NCBI RefSeq assembly: GCF_006345805.1
Contig: NC_043002.1
Span: 89,342,001 to 89,406,000, forward strand
DNA from: Octopus sinensis
Taxonomy: Eukaryota
Length of the DNA: 64,000 bases
Reading direction: 5' to 3'
How positions within the stretch are numbered: position 1 is the first letter of the stretch; each line of letters begins with the position of its first letter. Below the pieces are notes generated by a model. The model was given only the letters and a program-made list of their open reading frames with translations, was not told where the DNA came from and ran no database searches. Both the position numbers and the translations under genes were made by a program. Positions 54,101 to 64,000 of this stretch are shown here, piece by piece.

Positions 54101-57100
54101 ATGAAATGAATGAAGCCTTTGAATGTTTGCTGTATAAAATATTTAACTAAATAAAACAATTCTCATTACTCAAAAAAAAAACTAATTAAACTTCTTACCT
54201 GCCAAGATAGTTGGTACATGACTGTCTGGTGGTAAACAAAGAAGTGGTCTTATTTTCTGAAGCAGACCATTTAGACTGCATTAAAGCATCAACAGCTTTG
54301 CACCCTAAAAAAGAAGGAAAAAAGATTCCTCTTAAATCTATTAAATAAATTAGTTGTTTAATCACAGTGGTAATTTTAGAATTAAGCAAAGTTTAGAAAT
54401 ATACTTTACTAATTACATAAGCATAATCAGATTTTTCTCAACACATTTTAACTTATTTCAAAAATCATATTGCTCACCAATAAAACATGTCACTGTTATG
54501 CCAGCCAAACGACCTTCTTTCACCGGGTTATTAAAACGAAGATATCTGGCAACAGCATATTCTTCTTTTGTAGGGGTTTCTTTCTCCTAGGATAAAAAAA
54601 CAAAAACAAAAAAAAATTGTTAGAAATTTAGTTAATTTACATTGCTCCATTCCAAAACATTCATTTAAACAGTACATCATAAAAAATGCTTTTACAGATA
54701 ATAAAACAAAATTAATAATAATTTTATTGGTTTGATCTGGAGGAAGAGGCTATATCTGTGGCCTTTAGAGAACCCGTCAAAGCCAGGGAGGTTGACATAA
54801 TGTCCCTCTTAAATTGCTGCAAGTTGACAACTACATACAGTAACCTTGAAGCATCAAATGTACATTTGTAATTCTCACTTTTTCTTCTGAATTGATAATC
54901 TCCATTGGGTAGTGAGAAATGAATTGGAGAGCTCTTGCAACAGGATACAAAAACATTTCATAAATCAACATGTTTGAATGAGCAACTGGGTTAAAAGGTA
55001 GTTGCAGATTTTGTGAACACTGGGGGACCTAATTCTTATTGAAAGTAGAATCAGTAGAGCATCAAATAATTGAAAATAGTTAACCTTTTTGTGATTATCA
55101 GTTAATTGTAAAAATAATGAATCTACCAAGATAATGATGATATTTTTAAGCTGGTGTTTGAAACATAAATTAACATGAAATTTTGATGGAAAGTTTTAAT
55201 ACTGATCAGTTTAAAACATGTTTGTAGTATAGAATTATACTACAAACATGTTTAGAGAGACGTTTGCGCTGGTATGATCATGTGGCGAGAATGGATGAAG
55301 ATAGTTGTGTGAAAAAGTGCTACACCCTAGCGGTTGAGGGAACCTGTGGAAGAGGTAGACCCAAGAAAATTTGGGACGAGGTGGTGAAGCACGACCTTCA
55401 AACTTTAGGTCTCACCGAGGAAATGACTAGAGACTGAGACCATTGGAAGTATGCTGTGCGTGAGAAGACCCGGCAGGACAAGTGAGACCATAACTCGTGG
55501 CCTCTACCTGGGATGTAGCCAGTCCACTTATGCATACCTTTCCTTCTTGGGACACAAAACTCTGCTTGTGAAGACCTGTTGAGGCAAGTGAAAATCAAAA
55601 TCAAAATCGAAATCAATCAACAATGGAAATTGTAGCTGTGATACCAGTGCCGGTGGCACGTAAGAGAACCATCCGAATGTGGCCATTGCCACCGCCGCCC
55701 CAACTGGCCTCCGTGCTGGTGGCATGTAAAAAGCACCAACCGATCATGGCCAGCCTTGCCTGGCCTCCGTGCCGGTGGCATGTAAAAAGCACCATCCGAT
55801 CGTGGCCGTTTGCCAGCCTCGTCTGGCATGTAAAAGATGCAGGTGCCTGAAATGTGATGCTGTGGGAGAATGAAGAACTGGCAATGAGGAAATCTCCATG
55901 GCATGTAAAATGACAACCTATGTATGAACTAATTTAACAAAGACTGGAAGAATATTGTGTATAAAAAGTCCCTCGTGGATGTGAGATAAGCTAAAAAACC
56001 GAGGTCAGTGATGAGGCAGGGTTCATGGGTTCCGAAAAAACCTGCCCCACTCCATTTGTAAAAAACGTCCCTTGTGTTGTCTAATCATTCGTTTATATAT
56101 AATCATGTTAAATCTTTAATCGACCCCAAATTGCTCTGTATCATTCGTGAGTGTGTTGTCATTTTCTTTGTGTAGTCCTTAATGGATAATAAAAAAATCA
56201 TAGAGTAAGTTGAGAAAGCAGTTTTATGTCAAAAGTAATGTCCACTTGTAAAATACACAAACATGAGAACAAAATCAGCTCTCAGTTGATTCAATGTAGG
56301 ACAGACCTTATACAGAGCAAGAGAGCTTTGGAAATATTTATGAAAATATTTCAGCATATGTTATTAAAATGAACAAATAAAAGACTTGAAATGATGACTC
56401 TTCACTTCATCATTATACACTTATTGAGTTATTTGAAAACATGTACCAGATGTGAAGGTTATATTTCTTTGAAAAAAGCTTCACTACTCTGAAACTTAAA
56501 AAAGAACTTAATTTATGAAGTTTCATTTAATTCTTAATTTCGATAAAGCTATTACTTTAAATAAGGGCTTCTCATATTGATATAGGCTCATGTAACTGAC
56601 ACCTTAAAGCCCCAAGAGAAATTAGTTAACTCAGGTACAATTCAAAATTGGAATGTGGGCGAATAGAATTAAATTTAAACCAACACTACCATTTCTGTTA
56701 TTCCAACAAATAGCTATCTTTCTAAAAATAAGAGAGAATAAGAAAGTGAATACGGAGCAAATATAAAATTTGTTTTGTTTTGGTATAATCATTTCATTAG
56801 TTAATCTAATGTTTGTACAAAACATCTAAAGAAAATCAAACGAATCAATTAGTTAATAAAAAAAAAAACTCTATGTAGTTAATTTTATTTTGTTTACACT
56901 GCTGACCAGACATAAGTAGATAATTAGATGAGAAAGCAGTTCAATTGCAATATAACAAAGGCAGTGAAAATAGTTTGTCAGTACACCAATGTGAGACAGT
57001 CAGTGTTGTCAGACTGTCTAGGTTTAACCCTTTCGTTACTGTATTTATTTTGAGATGCTCTGTTTTTCTTTCAATTACTTTAAATACAACAAAAAATTTG

Positions 57101-60100
57101 GTAAAATAACTTAGTTATCATTCATCTAGTGTTAGGAACATAAATTGTGACTAAGGTTTGGTGGAAGATTTTAATTCAAAACTTATGAAACAAAACATTT
57201 GTACTCAGAACCAGAGCCGGTTTCAGCCGGGTAGGTAATGAAAGGGTTAAGAGAAAGAATTTGAATTTCATATACTTTTCAAAATCAGGTCCTTGATTTT
57301 ACTGTTTTTTATGAAGATATTTTTATCTTTAATTACAAAATGTAAAGGCTTACCTATCGTAGTAATATGTATTTTCATTCCTAACATTGTAAAATAATTT
57401 TTTAGAAATTGTATTTTATGAATCCAAGCATTCAGATTTAATTCATTGATTTAAAGAAGCAATACCTGTTGCAAGGTTAAATTTACATTAAAACTGATGG
57501 CAGACTTTGCTTTTCATCTTTCTGGGGTCAATAAAATGAGCACCAGTTGAACTCTGGGGTTGATGTAATTGACATACTCCCTCCCCACAAATTGCTGGCT
57601 TTGTGCCAAAATTCGAAATCAATATATTTAAGTAGGGGGAGCATACTCCTAAAGGTGCAACTGAGGGGCCAACTGAAGAGCTAAGTAAAACAGATAAAGA
57701 TACACAATTATTATCAGGAATAGTTAAAGAGGTGTTGAAAATGTCAAGCTATGTGAAAACTATTCCCATTCTTTACTCAGTTAATCAGGTCAGGCTGAAG
57801 GTGTTATTGTCAGAGCATTATCTTTATCACTGCTATGGTAACAATGGAGATCAGAGCTGAAGCTGACAGACCAAATCTTGAAAATGGTAGGGAAAGTTAT
57901 AGTGAAATAAGCACAAGACAGTTCATTAAAATACTATTTTGTTTTGTCTGGATATAGAATAACAATGCCATATTTCGAGCAAGAAATTTCTTAGCTAAGA
58001 ATAAGCAACTCTTCTAGTTTTAGAATAAGTACATAGTGCCCCTGCATGTCATGAGGGGGGACTAAAAGAAAAGGCATTTGGTTGTAAAACACTGCTTCAG
58101 AAAACTAATCCAACCCATATCAAATATGAAAGAAATGGATGTAAAACGATAATTTGCATTTGTTGACCTTGAGAAGGCTTTGATAGAATCTTATGTTCTG
58201 TAGTTTGGTGGGGGGGGGGTGTCAAATTTAGGTATAGTTTGTAAAAGTACAAGTTATAGTATGAGCATAAGGTAAAGAAGGTCAAGGTTGCTAATCATTT
58301 TAGTGAGGAGTTTAGGATGTTTAGCACAGCTTTGTTCTTGTAATTTTTTTCTATAGCTTGCTCTAAAATAGTGGTTCTCAACCGGGGTCCACATATCAAA
58401 ATAGTTAATTGGGGATCCACAATAGTATTTTAAGGGCCCCTGAAAAAATTTTGCTTTAGATGTATTGTTATGCATCGCAAGAAATAGCTCAGTTTCTTTA
58501 ACATTTTACATAGTTCAACCTACACAAGTTAATGAGTGAAAAACAAAATAGAAATTTTGAAAGTATTTTTAAAACAAGTTTTTAAACACCAAATGGTTAT
58601 TGGGGTCCACCAGAATAAAATAGTAGTTAAAGGGGGTCCATAGATAGAAAAATGATCGAGAACTTCTGGTCCAGTGGAAGAGGCATTGTCTTGGCCTTTA
58701 CAGGACATCTGAGACTGGTGAAAACAATTGGGCTGAAATTCCTCTTGAACAGCCACCAGAAAAACATAGGCAGGGAGGGTAGTCTAGAGAAACGTGGTTA
58801 ACACAATATGAATGATAAGCAGAAGAGAGAGATGAGCAGGCCAAGAGAACCTAAATGGAAGAAAGGTTGAAAACAGAGAGAAGAAATAGTACATCTGTGG
58901 ACCAGTTATTGAAATGTGTTTTGAAATAAGAGTTTAAGAGATGGACATCTTTGGAAACTATTATGTTGATTGGTTCTCACTATAGAAAAAGCTGTAATTA
59001 GCTTTCAGACTATTCTGCATTTTATAGAACCAAATAAAACACCCAAGTAAAATCAAGGAACACACATTAAAAGAGAATTTAGGTAGTTAACATATTCTTA
59101 ATATTTCAAACAATTCCAGTTATACCTGCACCTCCGAATATTAAATAAATATCAACAGCTGGTTAAAAAATTTTTTTTAATGTTTTCCCAAACTACACTT
59201 AAAGCAAATAAATTGAGGGATTTATGAATCATATAGTTCAAAATCTGAAGGGTTTCGGAATAGGCGCCTCTCAAATTCCTCTACCTCATAGGAAGGGAAA
59301 AAGGGTGGAAGCGTGTGTATGGAGAGAGGAGAGAACGTAAGTTAAAATGCTTGCAAGAATTTAATCAGAACGGTAATTTCCATTGTATGAAACATATGAA
59401 TACTATATTTTAAAAAAATCATATAGTGGGGGTCGAGGGTGAAACGGTAAAAATTTACCGAAACAACTACCCTTTTTTCTTTTCCAATGAGGGAAAACTC
59501 CACTCCTTCGTATTACTTTTGTGCATCATAAACAGCTTGGGACGTGCAGGCTGCTACGGCAAAGTGTTTGTAATGGGATGTTTAATGCTAGTTTTTGTGT
59601 GTGTGTGTGGTGTGAACAAGCTGTTCATGATGCGTAATAGTAATTAATGCTGAATATTTACGTCTTGGTAAACAATTAAAAAAGAATTATGTTAATCATG
59701 AAAATAACTAAAACAAAAATGTTTTTAAGCTATTCAACATATTGAGTCAATTTGAGAAACTAAAATGGTTTGCTTAAATTAAGATGATTTTTGTACTTAA
59801 AAACAGGAGTTTGTAAAATGATAATACTTATAATTAACTGAGACTATAATTAGTTAATGAAAATTGCGACTATGTTCGCTACTAATACAAACGTAAATGG
59901 AAAAAAAATGACAAGTCATCACATTAGGAACCAGAAAACTTTTACCAATAATTCACAATTGTATTTTTAATAATAATTTACACATTTTAAATTCGAAACC
60001 GAAAACGTTTGAGTTAAAAAAAACAAACTTAGAATTAAGAAGAAAAAAATTGAAAAGAAATGAAGGTTTGGAAAAGAAATTTTAAAAAATGTAATAAAAC

Positions 60101-61340
60101 AAATATCACGACAACAAAAGGGACCGTTAAAAACCTGTTGTCTACAGAAGAAACAATATTTACTTGGCGTTTATATCTAGACATACGCCTGCTAATTTCG
60201 CTGTTTCAAAGAAAAATTCTAAAGTCTGTTTCTGAGAAAATATTTCACATGAATAGGACAAACAATGTTTTGAAGGAATCAAGTAGCAACTGAAGATGGG
60301 ACGTGAAAAGAAGTTTATAAAAAAGATGGCAATTCATTTAGTTCAAAATATTGTTTGCGGAAATTTAATCAAAATAAACAAAATTCATAACTATAATTGC
60401 ATGGATTTTTTTTTTGGTTTAAAACAGCTTATTTCTTTAAAATATCGTCAGGTTAAAGAAATAAAAAAAAATCCTCAAAGAAAGACGTCTTTGTGTTTTT
60501 CTTGGAGAAATATTGATCTGCTTTACACTGGGTTTACACGTCAGAGGAATATCACAAACAGTGGTTTCGGTTTAACCGAAACTTAAGACTTTCAAAGAAA
60601 GGCCGATATAAATGTAGGTTATATAGACATTGGTGGAAATACAGATGAGGGTAAATAGTCTAGATTCAGAATATAAACTTAGATATTTTAATTACTCATT
60701 CATATGGTTAAATAATGTGTGGCTTGTTATCTCTCAAGATAGGAACGATACCATATTGAGTGTTGGCACTAAATGATGGCAAAACAAAGTAACTGTTCAT
60801 TCATTAGAAACATGTGAACTGCATCACACTTATAACGAACGCCCCCTCTAAACTGCAACAACCTTTGTAGTAAACAGGCAGACCTTTATTTTGATTATTT
60901 TAAATGAATGCAAATTAAAAACAAACACAACATATACCATTATGAGAAGTCATCGGAAGAGACATAGAAATTCATATATCACACAAGAATAGTAGGTAAG
61001 CAGGTTATTAGAGTGTGAAAATATGATATGGGAAATTATACTTGGGAGATGATGATGACTGGGTGAAGTGAAACATTTGGCGATCTTCACGTATTTCAAA
61101 TAAATAGAAACAGTTATAGAAACTACAACTTCAAGCATATGTAAATTTAACGGAGCAGAAAAAAAAAAAAGAAAGAATGTAGCAAAACTGGCGATTCAGG
61201 AATTGATAATGCTACAAGAAAATATATCATGGGAATTATTACGACACAAATATTTATTTAAAAAAAGAAGAATTTGAAATAAAGACGTGGGAAATTCGTA
61301 CCTCGTCCTGTTTCCGTCGTGATTTCCTTTTCTCCGCCAT
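41754..61340 (-). CDS. SEC62: Translocation protein SEC62, complete spliced CDS (9 exons, 1206 nt, 401 aa)
   Basis: Exons 61302-61340, 54478-54586, 54199-54304, 49405-49531, 48130-48252, 44885-44962, 43437-43497, 43035-43154, 41754-42196. All introns are GT-AG with consistent phases. Motifs: AVARYLRFN, KAVDALMQSKW, GLFHRA, VYVWIYDP, LFPLWP..VRIGVYYLS, HHFWFLPNL..DVGFIDSFRPLY. Confidence 0.95.
42345..42970 (-). mobile_element. RTE family 1, degraded 3' UTR pieces in SEC62 intron 8
   Basis: Two homologous blocks (about 42345-42530 and 42763-42970) separated by AT-rich sequence. Confidence 0.7.
43035..43154 (-). CDS. SEC62: SEC62 exon 8 (transmembrane region)
   Basis: (V)LGAIALCLFPLWPEEVRIGVYYLSLSGAGFLAFILVLFV; donor GTAAGC, phase 1. 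Confidence 0.95.
43437..43497 (-). CDS. SEC62: SEC62 exon 7
   Basis: VYVWIYDPVPVKTFIIGLLM; donor GTAAGT, phase 1. Confidence 0.95.
44885..44962 (-). CDS. SEC62: SEC62 exon 6
   Basis: EEEKKKKEKKLKLGMPDDQRFIDGDE; poly-T acceptor, donor GTATTC, phase 0. Confidence 0.9.
46060..46410 (-). mobile_element. tRNA-derived SINE, tail type B
   Basis: Reverse-complement match to the 47520 copy. Confidence 0.7.
47520..47925 (+). mobile_element. tRNA-derived SINE, tail type B (RTE-like 3' end)
   Basis: Same head and core as type A, but the tail ends GGAAGGGCA..GCTGTAGAAAA..CATGCAAGCATGGAAAA, matching the RTE family 1 terminus. Confidence 0.75.
48130..48252 (-). CDS. SEC62: SEC62 exon 5 (Lys/Glu-rich)
   Basis: EKRSKKDKKSKKEKEKEKESDREGEKTDDTEKKKEEKEEKK; acceptor atcaAG, donor GTTGAT, phase 0/0. 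Low complexity, so the boundaries are less certain. Confidence 0.8.
49405..49531 (-). CDS. SEC62: SEC62 exon 4
   Basis: (R)LLTKGLFHRAIRIEKKKSDRTKTKKKSIKAGSEEETNLEEDK; donor GTTTGT, phase 0. Confidence 0.9.
49923..50145 (-). mobile_element. RTE family 1-like degraded 3' end
   Basis: CATCAT tail, CCATGCTGGCATGGGTTGGAC and GCCCTTCCTAACGCCAACCAC. Confidence 0.75.
50670..51250 (+). mobile_element. Tc1/maT-like transposon 3' fragment
   Basis: KVMVFGCVSHEG, WPPNAPDCNPMDYHVW...EHGYFE*; terminus ...GCCCAATCACTG|TA. Confidence 0.8.
51270..52510 (+). mobile_element. Highly degraded CR1/L2-like LINE
   Basis: APE-like IILSDFNSHN (about 51435) and C-terminal QMRLTMGNCAFIWES...DILDNSQQK (about 52160-52250); many indels. 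Confidence 0.6.
53191..53407 (+). mobile_element. Mariner-derived MITE
   Basis: Imperfect TIRs GGTGTTGAAAAGTTCCTGG / CCAAGAACTTTTCAGCACC; internal remnant KCANLRREYAA* resembles a mariner C-terminus. Confidence 0.7.
53495..53996 (+). mobile_element. RTE family 1, 3' UTR-only copy
   Basis: Homologous to the 7234 copy; ends GACGTTAAATGATGATG. Confidence 0.85.
54199..54304 (-). CDS. SEC62: SEC62 exon 3
   Basis: (G)CKAVDALMQSKWSASENKTTSLFTTRQSCTNYLG; donor GTAAGA, phase 2. Confidence 0.93.
54478..54586 (-). CDS. SEC62: SEC62 exon 2
   Basis: EKETPTKEEYAVARYLRFNNPVKEGRLAGITVTCFI; donor GTGAGC, phase 1. Confidence 0.93.
55256..55830 (+). mobile_element. RTE family 1 fragment (ORF2 end plus partial 3' UTR, tail missing)
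   Basis: RLRWYDHVARMDEDSCVKKCYTLAVEGTCGRGRP followed by UTR units; truncated at both ends. Confidence 0.85.
57028..57246. mobile_element. piggyBac-type MITE, copy 2 (inverted relative to copy 1)
   Basis: TTAA|CCCTTTCGTTAC ... GTAATGAAAGGG|TTAA; interior homologous to 22995-23215. Confidence 0.88.
58050..58330 (+). mobile_element. Degraded RTE reverse-transcriptase fragment
   Basis: FAFVDLEKA(F)DR with a 1-nt deletion, then KVKVANHFSEEF. Confidence 0.55.
58369..58668. mobile_element. hAT (Charlie-like) MITE
   Basis: Left end TAGTGGTTCTCAACC, degenerate right end GATCGAGAACTTCTG; internal GGGGTCCA repeats. Confidence 0.65.
61302..61340 (-). CDS. SEC62: SEC62 exon 1
   Basis: MAEKRKSRRKQDE, donor GTACGA, phase 0. 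Confidence 0.88.
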
Positions 61341-61513
61341 GACAGACAGTCAGTCAGTCGCTGTGTTAAACAAATGATCTCCCCTTAATTAGTTGTTCCG
61401 CAGAACCGTATGATGGCACTACTAAGATTTAAGGGAGATAACCAGCTTTGGTTTGTTCCATTTCTTTCAGTCTCTTCGTGAACACCGTCCTCGTCAGAGC
61501 TTTAGCGAACAAA
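61341..61513. promoter_or_regulatory. Probable bidirectional promoter / 5' UTR region between SEC62 and a divergent gene
   Basis: Only 173 nt separate the SEC62 ATG (minus, 61340) from a plus-strand ATG at 61514 that is followed by a GTAAGT donor. The region is repeat-free and retains CpGs. Confidence 0.55.
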
Positions 61514-61527
61514 ATGTCACAACAAAA
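61514..61527 (+). CDS. Candidate first coding exon of an unidentified gene (MSQQ-K/N)
   Basis: aaaATGTCACAACAAAA|GTAAGT: A at -3, consensus donor, phase 2. Too short to identify. Confidence 0.45.
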
Positions 61528-62729
61528 GTAAGTTAAAAACATTTTTTCCCCATTTTTCTTTTAATAATTGTGGATAAAAGGATAAATTTTTAAAAGTTTA
61601 CAGTTTTACTTGATTTAGCACCACGAATGCTTTCATTTATAAAGAAAGACAGAATATAATTTACTTTCAATCCTTTTTGTTTTCTGTTAAAAGACGTACT
61701 ATACCAGGATTACCGACACTTAATAGGAACGATATGAAATGAGACTGAGTTCTTTAACCAAATTTGCTTTACACTTTTTTAATTACTTCACAATACTGCG
61801 GTGTCACCCTGCCCAACTGATATGACTTGGCTTTTTATAAAAGTTAATCAATATAGTGTTGTTTGGCCATCAGGTCAGCTCTGGTCGAACGAACTTCTCA
61901 TCATAGATGATTCAAGACGACATTCACAGCTGTTTCTAGCAGAGTGATCGATCTTATGGAATACTTTTCGGTTATTGCTATTTAAGTACCTGACATTAGC
62001 TGCTGTCCCATAGGCCACTGAATCATTAAATACCTTAAATGCAACCTTTTTCTTCTTTCGTGTCTATAAGTGCCGGTAATCATGGACCTGTCACGTCGCA
62101 CCCATGTTATTGCGACTATCTAACGGATGGTAAGACTATCGAGTATCTATCTTATTTATATTTCCCGGCTTCTCTCTCTGTTTCCCAGTTCAACTCGACT
62201 ATAGAATTTGTAGGCATAGTACATATTATTTAGAGCGAAGTTAAGATGTTCATTCCTTTTACGAACGTTGTGAAAATCCTCAACCAAGAACCAGTTGACA
62301 AACTGGTTCTTCTGGTTCTGTTTGATTACTACTTGCAAGGTATCTACAAATTAAGTGCATCGCAATCTTATTCAGAACATAGCAAACACTACATCCCAAA
62401 GATTAGCCTTCAACCACCAATTCACTTCACCCTCTTACCCATACTCGTATTGTTTATTCACTCTGCTTTTCAACCACTTATGTATTACAATCGCCTCTGT
62501 TCATCGAAGCAAGCTGGTATACCTACCAAAACACACTCGCCTCTCCTCCACTTATCTTTATAATCCTTGCTTCACTTTAACCACTTTTTCCCCCAATCCT
62601 CTCAAAGTGTCACTCTTCCGGAATACTTTGTATATTAACCATCTTCCTTTCATTTCCTGTGGTCGCTGATGTTCTGTAACTCAAGATAAGCATTAACTAC
62701 ATTTGTTTCACCAGTCTTTGGGGGTTTCT

Positions 62730-63070
62730 TTTACTTGTTTCAGTCATTTGACTGTGGACATGCTGGAGCACCGCCTTTAGTCGAGCAAATCGACCCCCCA
62801 GGACGTATTCTTTGTAAGCCTAGTACTTATTCTATCGGTCACTTTTGCCGAACCGCGAAGTTACTGGGACATAAACACACCAGCATCGGTTGTCAAGCGA
62901 TGTTGCGGAGACAAACATATACACGCACATACATATATATATATATACATATATACGACGGGGGTTCTTTCAGCTTCCGTCTACCAAATCTTAAGGCTTT
63001 ATCTGGCCTGAGGCTATAGTAGAAGACACTTGCCCAAGGTACCATACAGTGGGACTGAACCCGGAACCTT
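62730..63070 (-). mobile_element. tRNA-derived SINE, tail type A
   Basis: Reverse-complement match including GACTAAAGGCGGTGCTCCAGCATG. Confidence 0.8.
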
Positions 63071-63464
63071 ACGGTTAAACTGTGTGAATGAATGTGACCT
63101 GATGGATAGAATATTTGGATCACTATCATGAGGTTACGAGTTCAATTCCTGGACCAGGTGCCACATTGTACCCTTGAACAAACATTTCATTTCACATTGC
63201 TCTTGTAACCCTCTTTCCAGCTTTACATCATGGATGTTCCACTGAGGCAAAAGGCTGTCTATGTCTGTTTAATTACTAAAAAGCATGATACATGCTGTCA
63301 AGCCATACTCACTTGCAAGTGATGACTGGGTGTCCTAGGACAAAACCATTCAAATATACTTGGAAAATTACCCTAACATTAATCCCCACCAGAAAAGGAT
63401 GTTTGTCGATTATTTTTGATATCAACAAATTTTAAATTTTTGACAATGAAGTTTTACTGCAACC

Positions 63465-63850
63465 ATGTCATTTTGGGTTCAGTCTCACTGTGTGGCACCT
63501 TGGATAAATGTCTTCTACAATAGCCCTGGACTAACTAGTACTTTGTGAGTGAATTTGGGAGATGGAAATTGTGTAGACGTCCGTCATATACTTATATATA
63601 TGTGTTTCTGTTGTCCTCTCACTGCTTGACAACTGATATTGGTTTATCTACACTCCTGCAACTTAGCAGTTTGGCCAAAAAAAAAAAAAAAAAAGACCAG
63701 GAGAATAAATATCAGACTTAAAGTTAGCACTGGGCTTAGCTTATTTGATCAACCCTACAAGGTGGTGTTTCAACTTGGCTACAGTACTGTGACTGAAAGG
63801 AGAAAAGGAGTATTGTCTTTAAAACCTGGTTTCACTGGATTTTAAATCTC
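63465..63850 (+). mobile_element. tRNA-derived SINE, tail type A (diverged)
   Basis: GGGTTCAGTCTCACTGTGTGGCACCTTGG core plus a diverged tail. Confidence 0.7.
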
Positions 63851-64000
63851 ATGATTGATTACTTTGTACTAAAAGTGCTGAGTATGTTGAGCTGATTAAA
63901 ATTTGCTGTGTGTGAATCTGCAGCAAGAAAAATAAATTAGCATATATATATATTTAGAATAATCCTTTACTTTTACAAATGTGTGTGTGGGTGGGAGTAT

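Noticed and set aside
56005-56050. GTGATGAGGCAGGG...CCGAAA hammerhead-like string
   Set aside because: The core begins G rather than C and no stem I or III with a cleavage triplet can be drawn.
62246-62669. ORFs of 104-105 aa downstream of the candidate divergent exon, and an 11-bp hairpin at 62286-62311
   Set aside because: No recognisable domain or supporting splice structure; a single 11-bp stem is weak evidence on its own.

Overview
AT-rich, repeat-dense eukaryotic genomic DNA. The repeat landscape (RTE LINEs with (ATG)n tails, tRNA-head SINEs, dense TA/CA microsatellites) suggests a coleoid cephalopod, probably Octopus; this is an inference, not a database match. Three spliced genes were assembled by hand from GT-AG sites with consistent phases: the first coding exon of a GDPD1-like lysophospholipase D (minus, 2178-2301, rest runs off the window), a complete 8-exon TMX2 (plus, 13848-32888, 278 aa) and a complete 9-exon SEC62 (minus, 41754-61340, 401 aa). 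A fourth, unidentified gene probably starts head-to-head with SEC62 at 61514. Introns and intergenic DNA hold about 15 pieces of one RTE family, two pieces of a second RTE family, fragments of two restriction-like-endonuclease (HERO-like and R4/Dong-like) retrotransposons, a CR1-like LINE, many SINEs, a mariner fossil, a Tc1/maT fragment, piggyBac-, hAT-, pogo- and mariner-type MITEs and a non-autonomous Helitron. The most interesting items are a highly structured, CpG-rich retrotransposon 3' UTR that carries all three hammerhead core motifs in a non-canonical order (26031-26144), several templated-insertion and fold-back scars, modular SINEs with swapped tails, and inverted repeat pairs inside both pre-mRNAs. 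No tRNA, rRNA or CRISPR locus is supported. Repeat boundaries are approximate unless terminal motifs are quoted.
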